From Candidatus Uhrbacteria bacterium (GTDB lineage: Bacteria; Patescibacteriota; Patescibacteriia; UBA9934): DNA of 64,000 bases. The notes beneath the pieces were generated by a model. That model searched no databases. It was not told the DNA's origin and was given only the letters and a program-made list of their open reading frames with translations. Both the position numbers and the translations under genes were made by a program. Where the stretch lies: positions 227,717-291,716 of the forward strand of contig CAWGHH010000001.1 in assembly GCA_963822405.1 (NCBI GenBank). Direction: 5' to 3'. Positions 58,930 to 64,000 of the stretch are shown piece by piece; the stretch's first letter is position 1, and every line of letters begins with the position of its first letter.

Positions 58930-60648
58930 TTAGAAGACGAGCGTGCCACCGGTTATTGGCAGATTTTTGATGAAATTACCGTTTATGAGGTCTAGTCCAT
59001 TCACACCTTCGCGCCATTGGATAGTGTGTAGCAATGGGGAAAATTGGTGAGCTGGCTCGGAAACAATTTCAACTTTGATGGCGTCGTCCTGCGCTGAATC
59101 AGCGCCAGTTGAATCTACGATGAGTGAAAATGTATGAGAAGTTCCTGCTGAGATATTGCCATGAACAAGATTTACTAACGCATATCCCACAACTGCCTGT
59201 TCACGATCAGCCGGACCGCACTGATTACCATCAGCATTCATGATTATCCATGACGAATTGTTATTGCTAAGAACCTCTCCTGTTGTGAGGTCCTTAAGTT
59301 CCCACTTCGATGTGTCCCCGAGTCCGCTAACCGTGGAGGATCCGCACGACGCCCATGGGTGTTCAATGTGAGAGAAAGTATCGATCTTGAAAGTCATTTG
59401 TGACATGCTTAGATCACCAGCTGGATCTGCCGCTACATTGAACCGTAGGACTTCTGAACGGCCAGGAATTGCGGCTCCTGAAGGGGTTGAAGAGGATAGA
59501 GTGATGGTCGGGCGAGTCTTGCGGATTTCTAATCCGGCAGGGCTAGGAATATCACCGTTCATGTTCGCTTCGGTGATAACTTTGCCGGAAGTGTTGCCAC
59601 GCGCCATGAAGCTGCCTGGAGTTGTGAGATCAAGTGTCGCGCTCATGCCCCAGCCTGAACGAACAGGGCTGGTGGAGTTGATTGGTGCAGCTTCAAATGT
59701 TACATCGATCGGTAGGGCATTAGTCGCACCTGCTGGAACGTTAATAGCTAGTCCGGTGAAGTCGGCTACGCCGTTTACAAAAGCTACACCATTAGTCATG
59801 AGTCGGCCATCTGGAAGTTTGTAACCAAGGAAGGCGAAGTTTGCACCTCCAAGTTCACCGTATTGCTTGATGCGAAGTTTTTGGATGGTGAACGCTTCGT
59901 TAGTGCTTGAGAATTTGTATGTAGCAATCTTTGCTTGAGTACCAGCGATGATAATGTCGTCCTTCGGAGAGGTTGGGTCGATGCTGGCGGAAAGTTTTCC
60001 GCTACTTCTAACTGTCACGGTTACCGGTCCACCCATGTTTACACCGACATCCGCTGGACTTCCTACGTTGATTCGATCGGCGCCTAGGATATTGTTCGCG
60101 ATAGTCGCTCTGGCTACGACGTTGGCAGGATTGCCTCCAAGCTCGAACGCCATGATGTACTTATCGTTCGCAGAACTGCCTGCGAGGTCGCAGTTAATAG
60201 TGAACTGGGTAACCGTGTTAGCCGGCAATGTGAATGTGTCAGCAAAGGTTATTATGTTTCCGTTTTCAATGTATGACGGCCCGGCAAAGACAGAGCCGGT
60301 TTGCTTATTTTTGATTACGCACGAGGTTACTAAATCAGCGCCCGAAAGATCGTTTTCAATTGTATTAAAGTTGCCGTCGCTATCTGCCAGCACATCAAAA
60401 ACAAGTTTATTTATAGTTATGCCTTTATTTTTAGCTTCTAAGCTAAAGCCGAGCATTTGTTCATCTCGTGCACCTTGCACAGCACTATGTGCGGTTGGCT
60501 TTGGGGTTGCTCTGATATTCAGAATAGGACCAGTGTTACTAGCCGCGATTACGAATCCCGCCGCTGCGGCGAGTAAGCCGGTGCCCATGATGGCAATGCC
60601 GACTAGGGCACTGGTTGTTGTTTGAACTGCTGTTGATGTTTGTTGCAT
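58930..60648 (-). CDS. surface/cell-envelope protein paralog A (signal-anchored, beta-rich, 572 aa)
   Basis: N-terminal hydrophobic anchor, Thr/Ser/Asn/Gly-rich beta-type domains, conserved C-terminal ...TGGTLVF. A TATAAT sits 7 nt upstream of the ATG, with a G9 tract in the -35/spacer region. Confidence 0.55.
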   Translation of the reverse strand: MQQTSTAVQTTTSALVGIAIMGTGLLAAAAGFVIAASNTGPILNIRATPKPTAHSAVQGARDEQMLGFSLEAKNKGITINKLVFDVLADSDGNFNTIENDLSGADLVTSCVIKNKQTGSVFAGPSYIENGNIITFADTFTLPANTVTQFTINCDLAGSSANDKYIMAFELGGNPANVVARATIANNILGADRINVGSPADVGVNMGGPVTVTVRSSGKLSASIDPTSPKDDIIIAGTQAKIATYKFSSTNEAFTIQKLRIKQYGELGGANFAFLGYKLPDGRLMTNGVAFVNGVADFTGLAINVPAGATNALPIDVTFEAAPINSTSPVRSGWGMSATLDLTTPGSFMARGNTSGKVITEANMNGDIPSPAGLEIRKTRPTITLSSSTPSGAAIPGRSEVLRFNVAADPAGDLSMSQMTFKIDTFSHIEHPWASCGSSTVSGLGDTSKWELKDLTTGEVLSNNNSSWIIMNADGNQCGPADREQAVVGYALVNLVHGNISAGTSHTFSLIVDSTGADSAQDDAIKVEIVSEPAHQFSPLLHTIQWREGVNGLDLINGNFIKNLPITGGTLVF

Positions 60649-60655
60649 ATGGGTA

Positions 60656-60689
60656 ATTATAACTTGTTTAGTTGTGTGTTGGGGGGGGG
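60656..60689 (-). promoter_or_regulatory. candidate promoter with homopolymeric G9 (C9 on coding strand) tract in the -35/spacer region
   Basis: -10 TATAAT (complement of 60656-60661); poly-G at 60681-60689 lies 19 nt further upstream and 2 nt past the stop of the AAA+ gene. Confidence 0.35.
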
Positions 60690-60691
60690 TG

Positions 60692-61702
60692 TTAAGAAGT
60701 TTTATTTCTAGCAGATGCTGCGTCCATATGTTCTCGCCACTGATTGACTACGTCCTCAATGTCTTCTTTGCGAACTGCAGGATGTTTGGTCTGTTTAGCG
60801 GCGCCGTGGACAAGGCCAAGATGCTTGCCGTGACTTTTATCTTCAAACTCGATGGAAACTTTGGCGGCGGCTTCGTCGATCAAATCAATTGCTTTGTCTG
60901 GAAGGAATCGACCGCGGATATATTTATCTGACAGTCGAACCGCCTCTTTCAGCACGTCGTCTGGAATAGTTACTTTGTGAAACGCTTCGTATTCTGGTCG
61001 TAGAGTTTTGAGCATTCTCACTGCCTGTTCCGGCTCAGGTTCGTCGACGAGTACTGGTTGGAATCGTCTATCAAGCGCGGCATCTTTCTTGATGTACTTA
61101 GCGTATTCATCCCAAGTAGTCGCGCCAATGATGTGAAGGTCGCCACGTGCAAGGGCTGGCTTGAACAAGTCGGTTACATTGAGCGAGCCTTCGCTTCCGC
61201 TCCCTTGAACAATCATGTGTACTTCGTCAATAAACAAAATAGTCTCGCGGGAATCGCCCTCGAGGTCTTTTAGAAAGTCGCTAACCCGTTTTTCGAGCTC
61301 ACCACGGAATTTAGTCTCGCCAAAAAGGGAGGCGAGGTTAATTGCGATCAAAGATTTGCCCTTGAGCGAATCTGGAACATTACCTTTCGCCATTCTGTCT
61401 GCCAGGCCATGTACAATAGCGGTTTTTCCTACTCCAGGCTCGCCAATTAACAGGGGATTATTCTTGCTGCGACGCAATAGAATGTGAATCGTCCGTTCGA
61501 TTTCTCCTTCGCGATCAGAAAACGGATCAAGCTTACCCTTCTTGGCGAGTTCGATCAGATCCGTCGAAAATGCACTCGGTTTAGTCGAGGATTTCTTACT
61601 GCCAGTGTTCGAACTTCCCGTTTTCCCTTGATACAAAATAATCGCACCAACAATACCGCAAATAATTGCTATACCCCACAAGACATTCGGATCCATAGGC
61701 AA
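60692..61702 (-). CDS. membrane-anchored AAA+ ATPase, ClpA/ClpB D1-domain-like (single domain)
   Basis: N-terminal TM helix (LWGIAIICGIVGAIILY), then LDPFSDREGEIERTIHILLRRSKNNPLLIGEPGVGKTAIVHGLA, ILFIDEVHMIV, sensor/arginine-finger region DAALDRRFQPV, and PDKAIDLIDEAAA. No N-domain, M-domain or D2. Confidence 0.7.
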   Translation of the reverse strand: MPMDPNVLWGIAIICGIVGAIILYQGKTGSSNTGSKKSSTKPSAFSTDLIELAKKGKLDPFSDREGEIERTIHILLRRSKNNPLLIGEPGVGKTAIVHGLADRMAKGNVPDSLKGKSLIAINLASLFGETKFRGELEKRVSDFLKDLEGDSRETILFIDEVHMIVQGSGSEGSLNVTDLFKPALARGDLHIIGATTWDEYAKYIKKDAALDRRFQPVLVDEPEPEQAVRMLKTLRPEYEAFHKVTIPDDVLKEAVRLSDKYIRGRFLPDKAIDLIDEAAAKVSIEFEDKSHGKHLGLVHGAAKQTKHPAVRKEDIEDVVNQWREHMDAASARNKTS

Positions 61703-61738
61703 AAGTTTGCCTAAGTATACATCGATTTTTTCCCGTCT

Positions 61739-62132
61739 TTGCGAGAGTCCCGTCCGCGGGAGCTCGAAGCAACCTCAAAAGAGCTCACTCGAAATATCAC
61801 GCCAAGTCGGATTTTCAGTCGCAATTAACAGCATTTTCTTGTTTCTCGACCCAGCCTTAATCTGCTTCTCTCTAGAAATCGCATCGTATGCTGTTGAAAA
61901 TACTTCAACATATACGAGTTTTATGCAGTTGTATTCCTTCGTAAATCCTTCGACGAGTTTATCTTTGTGTTCTTGGACTCTTCGAGAGATGTCGTTCGTG
62001 ACGCCTGTGTATAGGACAGAATTATGGGGATTTGTCATGATGTACACGTAGTAACTCCGCTCTTCCATATAAGAAATATCATTGGGGTTGCTTCGACCCA
62101 ACGGATTACCGTTGGTCTCGCAAAGACTGATA
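61739..62132 (+). repeat. structured repeat element, copy 2, with GIY-YIG ORF occupying its central loop
   Basis: Left arm 61739-61774 and right arm 62087-62132 match 13209-13296 (TTGCGAGRG.CCCGTCCGCGGGAGCYCGAAGCAACC ... TTGCTTCGACCCARACGRATTAC...GGTCTCGCAAAGACTGA). Confidence 0.45.
61775..62068 (-). CDS. GIY-YIG nuclease family protein (UPF0213-like)
   Basis: YYVYIMTNPHNSVLYTGVTNDISRRVQEH contains the GIY-YIG motif pair plus the conserved Arg and Glu. Confidence 0.7.
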   Translation of the reverse strand: MEERSYYVYIMTNPHNSVLYTGVTNDISRRVQEHKDKLVEGFTKEYNCIKLVYVEVFSTAYDAISREKQIKAGSRNKKMLLIATENPTWRDISSELF

Positions 62133-62136
62133 GGGG

Positions 62137-63414
62137 CTACTTCGCCAACTCTCTCACATGCTTAACATTCTTCGGTGTAAGCGAAGTTGCCATACCTAGC
62201 CTTTCGGCTTCTTTCAGTCGGCGTTCAAGGAAGGGGACGGAGCGGACTTCGCCGCCCAGGCCAAGTTCGCCGACGATGATTGTATCGGCGGGGAAGGTTT
62301 TGTCGTTGATCGCTGAAATAATTGCGGCAGCGACTGCGAGATCGGCGGCGTGTTCGTCGATTTTGATTCCGCCGACTACGTTTACGAAGACGTCCTGGTC
62401 GTAGACCTTGAGGCCGGCGCGTTTGGACACGATCGCGAGCACCATTTGTAACCTCGACGCGTCATAACCGGATGTGCGACGAACTGGATTTGGGAAGAAT
62501 GACTTGTCGACGAGTGCTTGAATTTCGACGAGGAACGGTCGCGATCCTTCCATGATGCAGGTGACGACAGAGCCAGGACCTGGCACGCGCTCTTTTAAGA
62601 ATCGAGCCGACGGGTTCTCGACCGCAATTAATCCCTTCTCTGTCATCTCGAAAACGCCGATTTCTTCGGTGCTACCAAAACGGTGCTTGTTCGCACGAAG
62701 AATTCTGTACGTCGAGTCTGGGTCGCCTTCAAGGGTAAGAAGGGTGTCGACCAGGTGCTCGAGCGTCTTTGGCCCCGCAATAGTTCCTTCTTTAGTCACT
62801 TGGCCAATAATTAAAACCGGCGTGTTTGTAGATTTTGCGAAGCTGATCAGCTCGGTTGTCGCCGCTCGCACCGCAGTTGGCGTTCCTGGAAATGCGTCAG
62901 CTTCTGCCACCATCATGGTCTGAATAGAATCGACGATTACGATGCTCGGTTTTGCTTCTCTCGCGGCCGCAATAATTGCGCCAACATCGACTGCATTCGA
63001 AAACAGGATCGTGCCCGGGTTAATTCCGAGGCGTTCAAAGCGTAGGCGAACCTGGCCTTCGGATTCTTCGCCAGATGCGTAATAGGCCGTTTGAAAACCC
63101 GCAATCTGGGCCACGATGGTCGACTTGCCGATTCCCGGTTCACCAGCGAGGAGCGTTACAGATCCTGGCACGATTCCTCCGCCAAGGACTCGATCGAGCT
63201 CGGAAAGCCCAGTTGGGATGGGGGAGGTGACGGTGGCGGTGGCTTCGCCTAATTTCAAAACAGGCGCAGGTTTTGCGTGGCTGGTGCCTTTTGACCCCCC
63301 TAGCCCCCCCGGGAGGGGGGAACCATCCTCGGCTAATGTTCCCCATTTTCCACACTCCGTGCATCGCCCAGACCATTTTAGAACCTGGGTATCGCAGTGA
63401 GAACAGCTGTACAT
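62137..63414 (-). CDS. radA: DNA repair protein RadA/Sms
   Basis: N-terminal C4 zinc finger (CSHCDTQ...CTECGKW), Walker A GEPGIGKST, KNRFG motif (RANKHRFG), and a Lon-protease-like C-domain. Carries a GC-rich palindromic insert after the zinc finger. Confidence 0.9.
   Translation of the reverse strand: MYSCSHCDTQVLKWSGRCTECGKWGTLAEDGSPLPGGLGGSKGTSHAKPAPVLKLGEATATVTSPIPTGLSELDRVLGGGIVPGSVTLLAGEPGIGKSTIVAQIAGFQTAYYASGEESEGQVRLRFERLGINPGTILFSNAVDVGAIIAAAREAKPSIVIVDSIQTMMVAEADAFPGTPTAVRAATTELISFAKSTNTPVLIIGQVTKEGTIAGPKTLEHLVDTLLTLEGDPDSTYRILRANKHRFGSTEEIGVFEMTEKGLIAVENPSARFLKERVPGPGSVVTCIMEGSRPFLVEIQALVDKSFFPNPVRRTSGYDASRLQMVLAIVSKRAGLKVYDQDVFVNVVGGIKIDEHAADLAVAAAIISAINDKTFPADTIIVGELGLGGEVRSVPFLERRLKEAERLGMATSLTPKNVKHVRELAK
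63293..63322 (-). repeat. GC-rich palindromic element in radA (reverse complement TTCCCCCCTCCCGGGGGGGCTAGGGGGGTC)
   Basis: Same family as 44107-44135, in gene-sense orientation; encodes the Pro/Gly-rich loop GSPLPGGLGGSKG. Confidence 0.5.
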
Positions 63415-63415
63415 A

Positions 63416-64000
63416 TTAGTTGCACATTGGAGAGTACTCCTTACTGTCAGCTGAGTCATCCTTCATGCAACAGTAGTCTTTGAAGTCGTATTCAAAGCAG
63501 CCGGCGGGATTATGACCAGAAACAATTGGTGTGCTGTTGGCTGTTGTACATGACCGTTTGCTAAGCTGTTTGCCATCAAGCTCGTAATGCCATGCTTCGC
63601 TGGTCAATCTGCAAAAACCATTGGCTGTCATGATTTGATTCATTGTGGTCATGTCTTTCACGTTGGCAATGAAATCACCCGGGCTACCTTCGGGGAAAAT
63701 ATCAACGGCTACATTTGAGGTATGAGGACAGTTTCTAGCTTGTCCGTTGGAAGTTAGAATGTTCGTTCCTGTGGCCGGATCAGTTACTCCGAGTAGCATT
63801 CCAGTTGCGGTAAAAGTTCTATTGGCATACGAAACTACGGTTGATCTGCCGTATGTACTTCCTGTTGGATCGCAGGTAGACGGTTTATGCGGTGAGCCAG
63901 GTGCCATGAAGCGCTCAAAGAATAATCTAGCTTGAACGCTAACGTCTCTGCTGGCGGAAGTAACTTGAATATTTTTTCCTGTTTGGGCGAAATATATACC
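63416..64000 (-). CDS. peptidase M15 (VanY/D-Ala-D-Ala carboxypeptidase-like) family protein, partial (N-terminus beyond window end)
   Basis: CPHTSNVAVDIF (HxxxxxxD) and LTSEAWHYEL (ExxH) zinc-binding motifs; the frame stays open to position 64000. Confidence 0.5.
   Translation of the reverse strand, partial: GIYFAQTGKNIQVTSASRDVSVQARLFFERFMAPGSPHKPSTCDPTGSTYGRSTVVSYANRTFTATGMLLGVTDPATGTNILTSNGQARNCPHTSNVAVDIFPEGSPGDFIANVKDMTTMNQIMTANGFCRLTSEAWHYELDGKQLSKRSCTTANSTPIVSGHNPAGCFEYDFKDYCCMKDDSADSKEYSPMCN

Noticed and set aside
60681-60689. Poly-G tract as a sequencing artefact only
   Set aside because: This cannot be excluded. It is kept as a finding because its position exactly in the -35/spacer of a TATAAT-bearing promoter for a duplicated surface-protein operon is the canonical phase-variation context.

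Overview
This 64-kb window looks like a chromosomal segment from a small-genome bacterium, possibly CPR/Patescibacteria-like (inference). It is densely coded with mixed gene orientation and no rRNA or CRISPR. Recognisable genes, in order: guaB (partial), nusA, yidC, a cell-envelope glycan set (flippase-like protein, O-antigen-ligase-like protein, two NAD-dependent epimerases), groES/groEL behind a CIRCE operator, prfB (RF2, SPF motif) and ksgA. Then comes a membrane-anchored protein with calcium-binding Tsp3-like repeats, followed by a 2963-aa Cys-rich secreted giant protein with a C-terminal PKD domain, and an IS200/IS605-type HUH transposase (RAYT-like) flanked by hairpins. A GC-rich block (~26.6-36.2 kb) holds a lipoprotein, a HIT protein, two tandem class IIb Asp/Asn-tRNA synthetase paralogs, a frameshifted amidohydrolase and an M23 peptidase. 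Next is a type IV secretion/conjugation-like cluster (VirB6-like 983-aa membrane protein, PrgI/VirB3-like protein, VirB4-like ATPase) followed by a comFC-like gene that carries an in-frame TGA. The rest comprises a Zur-ZnuC-YibE/F-ZnuB metal uptake cluster, two ABC exporters, three tRNAs (Arg, Ser, Ser), tsaC, recG (apparent frameshift), a MerR-HTH::GHKL-ATPase plus STAS-like DUF4325 pair, two tandem surface-protein paralogs sharing an identical 93-bp 5' end, a membrane-anchored ClpB-D1-like AAA+ ATPase, a GIY-YIG nuclease, radA and a partial M15 peptidase. The surface-protein pair sits behind a G9 homopolymer in the promoter, and the second copy is frameshifted. The most unusual signals are: (i) short GC-rich palindromic elements inserted in frame into several unrelated genes (ksgA, comFC, radA, a T4SS-associated gene); (ii) an ~88-bp structured repeat present twice, one copy carrying the GIY-YIG ORF in its central hairpin loop; (iii) the promoter poly-G surface-protein module with its membrane AAA+ ATPase; (iv) an unusual density of frame disruptions (recG, amidohydrolase, surface paralog, comFC).
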